A stretch of DNA of 64,000 nucleotides from the sequence record OK272482.1. One strand, 5' to 3'. The translations under genes were made by a program, and so were the position numbers. The notes under the pieces are model-generated. The model searched no databases and was not told where the DNA came from. It saw only the letters and a program-made list of their open reading frames with translations. The DNA comes from Escherichia phage JLBYU08. Below, in pieces: positions 52,301 to 62,247 of this stretch (its first letter is position 1; every line of letters begins with the position of its first letter).

Positions 52301-54982
52301 TCTTGGAGGGTAACCTGTAGTTTGGTTAAACCACAAATTACAAGAGTAATCCCTCATATAGTCATAATCAGAGTATTTGTTTACATCTTCGTTCCAACAC
52401 ATGTTTAGGTTGGTACCGCCCATGCATACAATATATTCTGCGACATACTTATCACTTCTGGTAGGAATACCTATGAACCATCTGTTAACAGGCTCATCCC
52501 AAGCTGTGCGCTCATCTTTAACGCAGATAGCAATCCAGTCATGTGTTCCTGTTTTCTTGCACACATCTCGCTTCATACCATAGTAGAACTCTTTAGTATT
52601 CGGCTCAGGTGCATTTATCAGGTAACTCCATGCCTGATTTGCATAAGTTCCATTGGTGCGAGGATCATGGTCAAAGGCATACATGATGATCCTTTCTCCA
52701 CCAAGATGTTCACCGAGGGTAACTTTGATGTTTACATCACCGTAACCGTTACGAACTATATCCATATTGTCAATAGAGATGCCTCTAGGGGTGTAGGCAA
52801 TTTTCAGAGAACTATCTTCACTGGTACCACCCAGAGTAATACCTATATTGTTTGTTGTTCCATCAACATATTTTACTGTAGCTTCCCAACGTATCCCGAA
52901 ATACCCTGCGTTGTGGCTAACAACTTTCAGTGTGCGAGCACCTGGGTGAGGCTTACCAGGATCAGGCCATGGATCAGCATGCTCGTGCACTGTTAACGAT
53001 GTTCCGTTCTGCTCGTTAACCTGCAGCATCTTCCCGCCTTTGCCGTTAGGGTTGAACTCCCACAAGGCTTGTGTTTTCACAATATTGTCATACGTGGCGC
53101 GTCTTTGATCGTAGATCTCTTGGGTCACATCATAAGTGACTGATCCAGCATCCATTCTGTGGAGTCTGACCATATACGATGTATCCCCTTCTACTGCAGG
53201 CTGGGTCCCATTCAGCCCAAAGTATACAGTATCGTTAACATGGAACTGCTTGTTTCTACCAACGGTATGCCACTTGCCGTTGGACGGATACGCAGGAACT
53301 ATGGTGTTCCAGTTCAAAGTCCTTGTCGTGTGAGTTCTGCCTGTGCCATGCTTGTCATGATAGGTTATTTTTACAGAGTACAGGCCACGTCTGTTAACAT
53401 TTCTGTTATACTGGGTAACAACAACTTCGTTGGCCCCGCCGTGGTTCCAGTTGGTGGAGAATTGGTAATTTGCATCTGTAACAACCGTACCTGCAGCATT
53501 CACCAGTTCAATCTTGTCAATGATGAACGTAGCTCCCTCTGGCTGAGGCTTCAATTTCATCTTGACCGTGTCACCAATGTAGATATTGCTAACACTGCTA
53601 ACACCATTAACGTCGAAAATATCATCAACGCCCCAACTGTCTACTGGGACATTTTTATACCAATTCTCAGGAACCTCTGTGAACCCCTGACTATTAAGTC
53701 TGCCGCCAAACAGGTTATTAGAGCCTGTAAAACTTCCCCTTGGGATACCTGACCACCAAAGTTTACCATTAACAACAGTAAAGGTCCCTAAGAAACCTTC
53801 TCTGTGGATGCCTTGGAAATAAACACTCTCTGTCCAGCTGACTGGCAGGCGTTGCTCAACATATTTAGCTGTAGCAAGAGCTTGATAGTGGATAAAATCG
53901 GCCCTAGGACTATTGTTTGCAGATTGTGCACCAATATCATTACATAAGTTGCGAGAGAACCCACGATACTGCTTAGTGCCATTATTGAAGAAAATGCCAC
54001 TTGTGCCGTACCCACGAGCCATCATTACCTCATGGGTGTAGGTGATATTCAGTTCCCGCCATGTATCATCTCCCCAAATGTTTTGACCATAAAATACGTT
54101 AACAAGCTGCTGGTCATCGGGTCTATGCATCCTCTGTGTAGCAATTACTGCCCCGTTAGGACCACACATAAACCCTTTCCACTCCTCATCTGCAGGAATG
54201 CCCCTCAAATCGTTACGAGTAATCTGCACAGGAGGCCAAACAAGGTCGTTTCTACTGTTATTTCTCAGAAAGTCGTATCCAGCAATCCAGAAACCCCTAG
54301 GACCACCGAAAATAACAGAGTTGTCATGCACCTCACAGTTGATGCTTGGGTTTTTCCAAGGGCCTGTTTCAGGATTTTCCGATGTCTCACCAATCTTTAC
54401 AGGGGTTGCATGCTGATTTTTATCTACATGCAAAGATCCGTAGGTGTTGTTACCAGATCCATACAGGTTAAGTATGCCAGTACCTTCTGCCTCTGCAATA
54501 ACCCAGACAGTGTTGTTAATACCGCCCATCACCTCAATAAGGCGTTCTGGGTGGGTGTCAAGGTGCAATCCTTTAACAATCTGCTCTGGGAGTGGTGTCC
54601 ACTCGTTTACGCAAACATCATTACCGCCTGCCGCAGTGGATCCGATAAGACCTGCAGTGCAGCCGATGTAGAAAAACTGGTTATCAAAAGTCCGGATCAC
54701 AAACGCGCGGTCTGCTCTCCACACATGATCAACATTCCAGGCTGTTTCGCTCGGATAGTTTATAGGGCTACGATCCCCAGTGCGGCACTCTCCGAACTTG
54801 TTATAGCCAGTAATATTAAGCTGACCATCATCAAAAAGTATAGCTAAGCTATTTACATAGGATACTGTGTTGCTTGTACCATCACTGTTGTCTATTGGGT
54901 ATGACAGAACAGCAAGTTCCTTAATTCCACCCCTCTTATCGAGGAAATGACGACCAAGTTTTAGCAAAGGGATTGGAAGCAT
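49346..54982 (-). CDS. large tail fibre or adhesin-like structural protein, 1878 aa, with an Ig-like (Big_2-like) segment
   Basis: Single uninterrupted 5.6-kb ORF in the tail module; Gly/Asn/Thr-rich beta-type composition; Ig-like stretch near C-terminus. Confidence 0.75.
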   Translation of the reverse strand: MLPIPLLKLGRHFLDKRGGIKELAVLSYPIDNSDGTSNTVSYVNSLAILFDDGQLNITGYNKFGECRTGDRSPINYPSETAWNVDHVWRADRAFVIRTFDNQFFYIGCTAGLIGSTAAGGNDVCVNEWTPLPEQIVKGLHLDTHPERLIEVMGGINNTVWVIAEAEGTGILNLYGSGNNTYGSLHVDKNQHATPVKIGETSENPETGPWKNPSINCEVHDNSVIFGGPRGFWIAGYDFLRNNSRNDLVWPPVQITRNDLRGIPADEEWKGFMCGPNGAVIATQRMHRPDDQQLVNVFYGQNIWGDDTWRELNITYTHEVMMARGYGTSGIFFNNGTKQYRGFSRNLCNDIGAQSANNSPRADFIHYQALATAKYVEQRLPVSWTESVYFQGIHREGFLGTFTVVNGKLWWSGIPRGSFTGSNNLFGGRLNSQGFTEVPENWYKNVPVDSWGVDDIFDVNGVSSVSNIYIGDTVKMKLKPQPEGATFIIDKIELVNAAGTVVTDANYQFSTNWNHGGANEVVVTQYNRNVNRRGLYSVKITYHDKHGTGRTHTTRTLNWNTIVPAYPSNGKWHTVGRNKQFHVNDTVYFGLNGTQPAVEGDTSYMVRLHRMDAGSVTYDVTQEIYDQRRATYDNIVKTQALWEFNPNGKGGKMLQVNEQNGTSLTVHEHADPWPDPGKPHPGARTLKVVSHNAGYFGIRWEATVKYVDGTTNNIGITLGGTSEDSSLKIAYTPRGISIDNMDIVRNGYGDVNIKVTLGEHLGGERIIMYAFDHDPRTNGTYANQAWSYLINAPEPNTKEFYYGMKRDVCKKTGTHDWIAICVKDERTAWDEPVNRWFIGIPTRSDKYVAEYIVCMGGTNLNMCWNEDVNKYSDYDYMRDYSCNLWFNQTTGYPPRQARVNPAIFTDTQVFLTKQANEVQTFKNKYDPNKWFYNCYGAFFWGPGELPGGGSCLNEATYASDYIMGQVKKYKIIPGPETLGNAVDPYIIMTALRSNMDGTPMSMQIPVTNGYKRVVMIIKCDLIGKQVLAENGTSTHPFEIALHYQFADSPFAGDKRISDTDAQRCKKVLLGAGWWWYEFDLTDKFTDTSKVVTGLRLDLGENMHKAVCDGTYGDPTIYLKYVSFEHPEDVVYGPKLRLFGSWIAKDRVGMGKKVRGFLVDAGTEDMLVNAVWPELPGTQWDNSAKSINWFNIHRAMWTTNCYLWRELNDQAFGFSDGRRMAIICWTTLQRCYDHDYEIGGRAWKNIRDRIITNFADDNGGGAHNFGTSRLIHLNGSSAYKKEGYSGSMIEWGLVKDARVLMGQQLAAAIGPSAVQSVKPAWFDIPLWSPGTPGTAAINPTTGDLEISWEDLKQVGGWDKTGYQVQWWRADGSLAADEFVKDNFYTMSSAKAQQLFGQATPSTITMSMCCKDNRTGALGPRVAKVFSGIKWNLPVQSISWKQIGDNKLLVTPACQFNATLNVDPAVAANSAKASDFSVSNTAMADVRKIDTLNARITCKNTYGTFQIINNFTDADSKVVRTASQTLSLGTLAYAALITEQSATLQGGGVGKSITTPVWKPNEWVVFDLTVDFSSDNNWTWVRNCLSQLMGGPSSVSDSHDSTDPSVFQVGKTHPETGATLPDRKYALVCISYGKADVTFSGTHTYNGTYNFSRKYSLKAGNIIDEVGALYNPGNGIGIVGGKLQMQEPSITPSNVSGIRKTWESSNTNIATVDATTGLVTFKATGNVTIKFVVTDDAGRKTSSTSFTVKQMAPQWRMWIGTATNGAYPNPAGTSGMKTFSTSKPMEYGSGPKVGQMVYFGAYIPEIIGLPRSQLQLLFGAGVDDLATFGYSDNIEAARSSGWVGFRMESGKEGRILGTASIGVMFPGDQQYRLEAYATFSR

Positions 54983-55030
54983 TGTGTTCTCCAGATAAGA
55001 AAACCGCCCCGTCAGGAGCGGTTAGATATA

Positions 55031-56776
55031 TTAACGTTGTGCAATTACTACGTCTACGATATCACCAACACCACAATACGTTAATTGCAGCAAGGTAACA
55101 CTGTTAGCCTTGTTGTTAATAACAGGTGTTGCCGACAGGATAGCATACTTATCGTGCAAAGTCACGTTGTGACCTACAGCATCCTGAATTACATAGATAA
55201 CCGCAGTGAATGGATAAGGTTTATCTTCCGCTGATGTCCCAGGCCACTGTCCTATTGTAAAATCCCCTTTCGCGTGAACAACATACATACTGGCCTGCCC
55301 GTTAGGTGTCCATGTCCCACTGGACGCGTCAACCTCCTCTAAATCAAAATCTACCTTTCCTGCGTGGAAAGTAGGGGCAGTAATGGTTTTACCCGCCTCA
55401 ATTTCTTGAGAGGTGGTTATCTTGCCACTGGAGTTAATGCCATTACAGACAAAGTTGACATTAGAGAAGTCAGGCAACCACCCAGTCACCGTGCCGGATA
55501 TTTCAAGGTTGTGAACAGAGGTGGTGCCAGTCCCTGCTGCGTTTAAACTGACATCTCCATTTACCTGCAAGTTGCGGGTAACGTTGCAGTTTTCAGAGTT
55601 TGCAGTTGTTGCAGTTAAAGTGGTTGTTGTCAGCTCGGTAATTACACCTTTGTTGGCTGTAAGCCCTTCTCCTTCAAAAGTTGCACGCTCATTGACTCTT
55701 AAGGTATTCAGAGCTATGTTTTGGATAGAGGCCGTACCTCGAATAACTACAGACCCGCCAACCTCCAAATCGCCATTTATCAATGCATCACCAGTGCTTT
55801 CAATATAGCTAGGGTAGATCATGGTGCCATCGACAGAGTATGTTATCCCTGTAACGGTACCTGTCACCTCAAGGTTCTTAACCCTGGTGGTCCCATCTAC
55901 CTGCAATGTCGGTTCGGTTGCTGCCTTCATGGCATTACCACGAATGTACACGTAGTCAAAAAAGTTATTACCCAGACCATCAAAATGCACATCGTTATTA
56001 TTAGCCACTGGTTTCCCAGAAGTTATAGTGTCAGCTATAACCCTGTGGGTGGACACTTCATGAGGTTGCAGCTCTGTACTTCTCCAGTCTGCATGCTTAG
56101 GATCGCTCCACGCAAAAGTAAGTGTAGAAGTATTTGCCGTGAGGATTAGATTCCTAAAGCGTGCAGTAGAATCTGCCCCATTAACAGGTCCATGTAAGGT
56201 AAGGGTGCCACCAACTATAGTGTTAGCGAGTTCTGTAAGACCTTTTACCACCAAAGACCCTACAGTAACTTTCATCCCCTCCATGGCTTTAAATATGCTA
56301 TCAACATAGTCAACAACAAACTCTGTGTTTGCTATGGACTCTGACTTATCGTCCATTGGAGGTGTAGGTACTCGTGGGTCACCTTCGAACCTCGGGCTGT
56401 TAAGTTTTGCGTAGTATTTTGCCATTACTGCAGAGTCGGTATATAATCTCCAGTTTGGAGATTGTGAAGGATCTGCTGGCATTCTAACCGGGTTAGATTT
56501 TGATGCTGCGGGAGCGTACCACCACTGAGGGCCTGTGTCCCCTTTAAACTCGTACAGCTGGTTAAAAACTGTTGTGGATGCACCATACGCCCAAGGGATC
56601 GGTGGCGTTTTAAAATAAAGGTTGTCAAGCATGGCTTTTCGTACCGTAGGGATGGTGGTCCCATCCTCTACGACAACTTCATCCACAGCGTTACCGTTGA
56701 CAACCAAGTGCAAACGTTCAGAATCAACAATTACTTGATCTACCGCCTGCTCAAAGCTTGTCATGTCTTGCGCCAT
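55031..56776 (-). CDS. tail fibre or tail spike-like protein, 581 aa
   Basis: Thr/Gly/Asn-rich repetitive beta-type composition; position in tail module. Confidence 0.6.
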   Translation of the reverse strand: MAQDMTSFEQAVDQVIVDSERLHLVVNGNAVDEVVVEDGTTIPTVRKAMLDNLYFKTPPIPWAYGASTTVFNQLYEFKGDTGPQWWYAPAASKSNPVRMPADPSQSPNWRLYTDSAVMAKYYAKLNSPRFEGDPRVPTPPMDDKSESIANTEFVVDYVDSIFKAMEGMKVTVGSLVVKGLTELANTIVGGTLTLHGPVNGADSTARFRNLILTANTSTLTFAWSDPKHADWRSTELQPHEVSTHRVIADTITSGKPVANNNDVHFDGLGNNFFDYVYIRGNAMKAATEPTLQVDGTTRVKNLEVTGTVTGITYSVDGTMIYPSYIESTGDALINGDLEVGGSVVIRGTASIQNIALNTLRVNERATFEGEGLTANKGVITELTTTTLTATTANSENCNVTRNLQVNGDVSLNAAGTGTTSVHNLEISGTVTGWLPDFSNVNFVCNGINSSGKITTSQEIEAGKTITAPTFHAGKVDFDLEEVDASSGTWTPNGQASMYVVHAKGDFTIGQWPGTSAEDKPYPFTAVIYVIQDAVGHNVTLHDKYAILSATPVINNKANSVTLLQLTYCGVGDIVDVVIAQR

Positions 56777-56785
56777 GATTTCTCC

Positions 56786-57052
56786 TTAAGCTTTTTGCTC
56801 TTCGTTTTTAACGTGGTCAGGGTGCTGGCAACCCCATCGGAGCGAGATGAATTTGCTAATAAGCTGGGGGCAAGCTACTGAAGGCGCGTATATCCACGCA
56901 TACCATTCAGGAAGCGTATCATTATACCCCATATGAATAAACACCCCAGTCATCACCGCCATGCCTATGTTCGACCATAGCTTATTTTGGGACACTTTCG
57001 TAGGGTCATCAGATGCCGCAACCAGTCCCCATAAAAACTGAGTTAGTTTCAT
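56786..57052 (-). CDS. small membrane protein, 88 aa (holin-like features: hydrophobic core, charged C-terminus)
   Basis: Hydrophobic segments and charged tail; function not established. Confidence 0.45.
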   Translation of the reverse strand: MKLTQFLWGLVAASDDPTKVSQNKLWSNIGMAVMTGVFIHMGYNDTLPEWYAWIYAPSVACPQLISKFISLRWGCQHPDHVKNEEQKA

Positions 57053-57063
57053 TTACCCTCTTT

Positions 57064-58110
57064 TTAAGCATAAGATATAGTGATCCATTGACCATTTACA
57101 AGTTTTTGGATAGCACCTGTCCAGTAATCACCTTGATAAGGGTGTTTATAAGCGTAGTTACCAGAGCACATCACATGTCCAGGGTAGACTCTTGACTCTC
57201 TGTAGGTGGTTTTGAAACGGTTTGCTATCCTTACATCATCAACCCCTCTGCTGGGCATAGGGATAGTAAGGTTACCACTACTGTCTGCGCCGTTACCATT
57301 TACCCTGCGGACCACGTTTCTTCCGCCAACTGTTGCATATTGACCCCTGACTGTTTCATCGTTACAATCAACTCTTCCACCTATTTGAGCGCTTCCGCAG
57401 GATTGTTGTCCGTTAACAGTGGCTCTTGGTATCGTGACCGCATTGGCATTTGCAGAGTAACTTTTTGCATCGTTGCATTCAAGATTTCCTTGGATAGCCA
57501 GTCTTGCACGGTTGGCAGTTATAGCATTGAGCTTCATAGCCGAAAACACAGGCTGCCCACCAGAAGGTTGAAATCTCCAACGGAACCCGTCTATTTGGTG
57601 AGAAGGATCATCAAGGTCTGTGCCGTCAGCACCACCGATGTTGTCCATAATCCAGAAGTCCATCGTCGTCTTGTCTGGAGTTATGGTGGTATATATTGCC
57701 GCATTGTCTGTTGACGCAGATGCAAACTCGATTCTTTGAATGCCTAAAGTTTGAGTCTGAGTCATTATGTCTCCAGACTTGTCAACATACAGATCGTCCA
57801 TTTCTTCAGGCGAGTATACATTGAGAACTTGACGTGCAGCAGCTTTGTCTGGAACGTCTGCTAGATTATTAGTGACCCTTAAGAATCTATTATCCCATCC
57901 TGGGACAACATCTTCTGTTAAATGCTTTAACCACGCAGAAAGCATGTGAAGTTCAAAGTTAACAACTTCACATGCCACTCTTTGTGTCATATCCCAACCT
58001 TTCAATCTCTCTTCTTTTTTTGGTTGAGACTTATTCAACTCTCCCGTATTTTCAAGCACAACATCCTGATTGGCCCAAATATCAAGAGGGATAACTGGTT
58101 TAGTCATCAC
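57064..58110 (-). CDS. tail fibre / receptor-binding protein, paralogue B, 348 aa
   Basis: N-terminus (PLDIWANQDVVLENT) and C-terminus (QKLVNGQWITISYA) shared with 59122..60162; central part divergent. Confidence 0.7.
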   Translation of the reverse strand: MMTKPVIPLDIWANQDVVLENTGELNKSQPKKEERLKGWDMTQRVACEVVNFELHMLSAWLKHLTEDVVPGWDNRFLRVTNNLADVPDKAAARQVLNVYSPEEMDDLYVDKSGDIMTQTQTLGIQRIEFASASTDNAAIYTTITPDKTTMDFWIMDNIGGADGTDLDDPSHQIDGFRWRFQPSGGQPVFSAMKLNAITANRARLAIQGNLECNDAKSYSANANAVTIPRATVNGQQSCGSAQIGGRVDCNDETVRGQYATVGGRNVVRRVNGNGADSSGNLTIPMPSRGVDDVRIANRFKTTYRESRVYPGHVMCSGNYAYKHPYQGDYWTGAIQKLVNGQWITISYA

Positions 58111-58196
58111 GTTCTCCTGAGAAAATTCCTTAGGACTATTTTAACACTTTAGGGAACAAAATGCAAGAACGGAGTCCTTTCCGTTCTGACCTTTGT

Positions 58197-58511
58197 TTAC
58201 CTTTTACTATGCTCTACGAGCATGTGCAAAATCTTTTGTACATCGGCTCTGATGCCGGAGACATCTGTCCTGACATCCTGCTTAAGGTCGTTAATATCGG
58301 CCTCTAGCTTGCTTAACCGGGTCTCTATAACGGAATCAAGTTTATCTTTTGTAACCATACTGTTTTTCACTAAGATGAGGTCTTTCTCCAGCTCTTCCAA
58401 CCTCTTGGAAATGCCTTTCCATTTGGTGTGCCACTGGTTGAAAGCCCATACACAGATCGGGACAACGGTACCCATGCAGATACCGTACAATGCCGCCAAA
58501 TCCAACTCCAC
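58197..58511 (-). CDS. membrane-anchored coiled-coil protein, 104 aa
   Basis: N-terminal hydrophobic helix followed by heptad-like charged region. Confidence 0.5.
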   Translation of the reverse strand: MELDLAALYGICMGTVVPICVWAFNQWHTKWKGISKRLEELEKDLILVKNSMVTKDKLDSVIETRLSKLEADINDLKQDVRTDVSGIRADVQKILHMLVEHSKR

Positions 58512-58522
58512 AACACCTCCTC

Positions 58523-59107
58523 TTAGAGGGTAGGTCGCTCCGGGAAGAAAATGTCAGGGGCTTTAGATGTATCTATTTCAAGAAGTTTTACCCTGTACAT
58601 TTTCAAATCTCTGATGTTACGTTTCTGGTCATCAGTAAGATCATATTCAAGGTCAATCATGTCTTGATAGGCACCAATTCTAGCAGTAGCCCAAGCAAGT
58701 TCTGTCTCTATGACACCCTCTGCCTGTTGAACAAAGAATTCATTGTCTGTGACAAATTCATCACCAACTAAACGCAAAGCGTCGTGGTGAAGCATAATGT
58801 TTTCTGGTACCTCTTCTTTTTTGGCGATAACCACACGAAGACCTGGAGCAGGCCATAAGGCATCAGGTTCTTCTGTAGATGTCTTAAGAATTCCCTTCTC
58901 GTCAACAAGTAGGAAGATACACCCTGGATTTTCTTGTCGTAATGTTCGTGACTGCACATACCAATCACCATCATCATTACGTAAAAAATACCCAGTGTAT
59001 GCGGTGTAATCCTCGACCTCTTGAGGGGTCAGCTCCTTGGTTTCCTTGTTGGAGTGGTATTCGCCAGATCCCGGTTGGTAAAGTTTAAACTCTTGAAGTA
59101 TTTTCAT
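58523..59107 (-). CDS. tail fibre assembly chaperone (Tfa-like), 194 aa
   Basis: C-terminal ...YRVKLLEIDTSKAPDIFFPERP resembles the conserved Tfa C-terminal motif; immediately downstream of a fibre gene. Confidence 0.6.
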   Translation of the reverse strand: MKILQEFKLYQPGSGEYHSNKETKELTPQEVEDYTAYTGYFLRNDDGDWYVQSRTLRQENPGCIFLLVDEKGILKTSTEEPDALWPAPGLRVVIAKKEEVPENIMLHHDALRLVGDEFVTDNEFFVQQAEGVIETELAWATARIGAYQDMIDLEYDLTDDQKRNIRDLKMYRVKLLEIDTSKAPDIFFPERPTL

Positions 59108-59121
59108 GCTAGTCCTCCGAT

Positions 59122-60162
59122 CTATGCATAATTAACAGTGATCCATTGACCATTTACAAGTTTTTGTAAAGGTCCTGCCCAGTAGGTTGAACCACGCATC
59201 TCTTTTTTGTCACCGAAACGCCAGCCTGTGACAACGTATCCGTTGCGGATTGGAGATTCAGAAACGCCGTCCACAAGTCTTGCACCGATTCTGATGTCTT
59301 GCACACCTGTCTGCGGGATAGTGATCGTTACATCACCGTTACCGTTAGCCGTCACTCCATTCACGGAGCGCACCACATTTCTGTTACCGACAACACAGTG
59401 CTGGCTTCTTACAACCATACTGTCACAACTTGCACCACCATTAACATATACTGACCCAGCCGTCAACTGACTGGCCACATTACAGTTGGTGAATGTTGCT
59501 GTATTGCTGATAGTAAGGTTATTGCACCTCATGTTATCGACAACTTCAACATTGCCTACCACTTTCAACAGCGCACGATTAGCCGTGATCGCGTTAAGGT
59601 ACATCAAAGTGAACTCTGGATTAATATCCGGCTGAGTTGGCTGGAATCTCCAACGAAACGCATCTACTGTAGATGTACCACCATCATCAAACGACCCGGT
59701 ATTATCACTTAACCCAAAGTCGAGGGTTGTCTTATCTGGGCCAATAGTTGTCTCTATCCAAGCCTTATCTGTCTCGGCAGCTTTAAAGTTGATACGTTGC
59801 AACCCCAAGGGGCCTGTCATTGTATCACCTGTAACTTTTACATACCTGGCGTCTGCCTCTTCCTTAGTGATAATCCCAAGGTTTCTACGGGCAACAGGAA
59901 TGTTCAAAAGATCGCTCAAGTTATTATCACGTACCAGATAACGGCCTTCTTGAGCTGGGATCTGCTCGTCAGCAATGTATTTTGCCCAAGTCCCGAGCAT
60001 ATTGAAAATATAGTTAAGTTCTTCACATGAGGGCTTTTGACCAAGATCCCAACCTTTTCTCCACAAATCATCAATCGGGCGTAGCCTGTTCTGTCTGTGG
60101 GTGTTAGGCAGAACCTGATCCTCCTCTGCCCAAATCTCTAATGGAAAACTAGGTTTTGACAT
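59122..60162 (-). CDS. tail fibre / receptor-binding protein, paralogue A, 346 aa
   Basis: Shared termini with 57064..58110 (ends QKLVNGQWITVNYA). Confidence 0.7.
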   Translation of the reverse strand: MSKPSFPLEIWAEEDQVLPNTHRQNRLRPIDDLWRKGWDLGQKPSCEELNYIFNMLGTWAKYIADEQIPAQEGRYLVRDNNLSDLLNIPVARRNLGIITKEEADARYVKVTGDTMTGPLGLQRINFKAAETDKAWIETTIGPDKTTLDFGLSDNTGSFDDGGTSTVDAFRWRFQPTQPDINPEFTLMYLNAITANRALLKVVGNVEVVDNMRCNNLTISNTATFTNCNVASQLTAGSVYVNGGASCDSMVVRSQHCVVGNRNVVRSVNGVTANGNGDVTITIPQTGVQDIRIGARLVDGVSESPIRNGYVVTGWRFGDKKEMRGSTYWAGPLQKLVNGQWITVNYA

Positions 60163-60174
60163 TTTATCTCCTGA

Positions 60175-62247
60175 TTATGAGAAGTCTGGCGGGACAACAT
60201 CTTCTACATACCCTTTCAGAGCAACCTGCCCCATATGAAGCACGGTAGAATCTCTAGCGGTAACAGTGATGCTGTCAGACATTACTTGCGGGTATGCCCA
60301 CACATACTGTTTTACCTCAGGATATCTATACTCTATAGTTGCCATGTTTCCGCAAATACATCTCCATAAAAATTCTTGGTAATTCCTGGTTGGGTCGTAA
60401 CCATATACCGGAGCAAGCTCTTTACTAGGAACGAACCCTGCAAGGTATTGTATTTCAGACGGTTGCCAACCTAACTTAACGATAGGTATGTTTACAGACT
60501 CTTTTGCCTTTTCAATACCTCCCTGCATCACCCAATCGTAGCACTCGGTGCAGAAGAAATCAAGAGCACCTGCTTCCTTTTTATATTGGTCAGCAAGGTT
60601 AAGCTTTTGCGTAAGCTCGGTTTCCATAATGGTTGGGAAAAACAGCAGAGCTGTCATCTGAGCTGATGCAGCGTGTGCCTTTATTGCCTTTGAAATAGCC
60701 GCAATACGAGCGCCAAGCTTACCACGACAAAATGCTACATACTTATCGTAAACACCGCCAGTTTTAGGATCGTCAATAGTCCCAATATCTAATGCATACT
60801 CGCCTGTCTCATCATAAAACGCCTGTTTTGTAGGGTAATCATAAATACAAGGTCTACGAGTATCGGTATTGTACCACCACCACGGTTCACCAACCTGCAT
60901 AATCACTGGCAGGTTGTTTCTCATAGCGGCTGATGCAAAATTCTTAAATACTGCAGTAAGGAAATTCATACCCTCTTCAATGGTTGGAGACAGGAGGTAG
61001 CTACAAGGTGTATACCCTGTTTTAGCGTAGTTATCGTTCCAGTCTCTTTGGGTCCATTCCAACGGGCAGGCATCGCTGAAAAGCTCAAAACTTACAGATT
61101 GCATAACGTCGAAGTTATGTCGTTTGGCATTGTACATAAAATCATCATGCCATTTATAAGCTGCAGCGTTTAGCGCTCCTGTTCTGTTTATAGACCATTG
61201 GGTTCCTGACCATGTGTAGTCATAATAATGACTCATACCAACATAATGGTTTATGGTTCCGGTATAGCCCAGACGCTTGATATTGTTCAACACCCTTAAA
61301 GGAGACACGTTCCACATATCGTCATATGCGGTGCAGATCCCAACATCGTGCTCTCTCACCTGGATATTGTTAAGTTGCATCATTTTCCAGCCTGTGTCTG
61401 GCTGAAGCAGATCTAGGCGCAACTCACACTCTACATTTTCCGTTCTCGGGTCTGTGCTATTACTTACCCAGTCTTTAGGCATAAGCGGTATTAAAATCCT
61501 TCTCACCTGCCGAGGATCAACACCCATCATGTTGTTGTTCTGGTCCATCCCGACGCAGTCCTCAAAATCAATATGAATTTCTGCAACATTCTTATCCTCT
61601 GAGATGCTGACAGCATATTGAGCTAAAGGAACATAGATGATTGTGCCATCAACAAGGTCTACAGTCATAATCATCTTTTCAGGAGTGGAGAAGTTGCTGG
61701 CGTTGGTTATTGACATTCTGAACCAAAGCTTGGTGTTTCTCATCTCATAGTGATCATCAAACCCAATACCGAAATGGTCATACTTGTCAACTGTTTCCCA
61801 AATGCACCCAGCCATACCTCCATATGTTCTTGACACTAAACGGTTAATACAACAGTTGTTATCTGCAACAATACAGGTACTTTCAGTCTGCTGAGTGGTT
61901 GTAACCCAATATCTTGGGTGAAACATTCTCTCCTCAACAGTATCCCAAGATATCCTGTCAAGATTCTCATCTGAAACTATTGTACATTTCGCCCTTTGTG
62001 TTCCAATCATCACCCCTTGAGATTTTGATGAAAACTCCATAAAGAAGCTTCTTGGCAACCTGTTGGGTAATTTGTCAACAATTTCCACGGGGATCTCAAT
62101 ACTGGTTGCCCCAACTGGGATAGTTACATCGCCCTCAACATGATCATAATCCCTACCAGGAACGGCAGTATCCTGAACTGTTCGGTAATGAAACCGTGCA
62201 GCCATTGTAGAGTAATCACGGTAAGGTTTAAAAACAGCTGTTGCCAT
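60175..62247 (-). CDS. tail or baseplate structural protein, 690 aa
   Basis: Large ORF in the tail module; TAATG-style coupling to upstream gene. Confidence 0.65.
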   Translation of the reverse strand: MATAVFKPYRDYSTMAARFHYRTVQDTAVPGRDYDHVEGDVTIPVGATSIEIPVEIVDKLPNRLPRSFFMEFSSKSQGVMIGTQRAKCTIVSDENLDRISWDTVEERMFHPRYWVTTTQQTESTCIVADNNCCINRLVSRTYGGMAGCIWETVDKYDHFGIGFDDHYEMRNTKLWFRMSITNASNFSTPEKMIMTVDLVDGTIIYVPLAQYAVSISEDKNVAEIHIDFEDCVGMDQNNNMMGVDPRQVRRILIPLMPKDWVSNSTDPRTENVECELRLDLLQPDTGWKMMQLNNIQVREHDVGICTAYDDMWNVSPLRVLNNIKRLGYTGTINHYVGMSHYYDYTWSGTQWSINRTGALNAAAYKWHDDFMYNAKRHNFDVMQSVSFELFSDACPLEWTQRDWNDNYAKTGYTPCSYLLSPTIEEGMNFLTAVFKNFASAAMRNNLPVIMQVGEPWWWYNTDTRRPCIYDYPTKQAFYDETGEYALDIGTIDDPKTGGVYDKYVAFCRGKLGARIAAISKAIKAHAASAQMTALLFFPTIMETELTQKLNLADQYKKEAGALDFFCTECYDWVMQGGIEKAKESVNIPIVKLGWQPSEIQYLAGFVPSKELAPVYGYDPTRNYQEFLWRCICGNMATIEYRYPEVKQYVWAYPQVMSDSITVTARDSTVLHMGQVALKGYVEDVVPPDFS

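Noticed and set aside
54032-54847. 271-aa plus-strand ORF
   Set aside because: Antisense within the 1878-aa fibre gene; no SD; shadow ORF.
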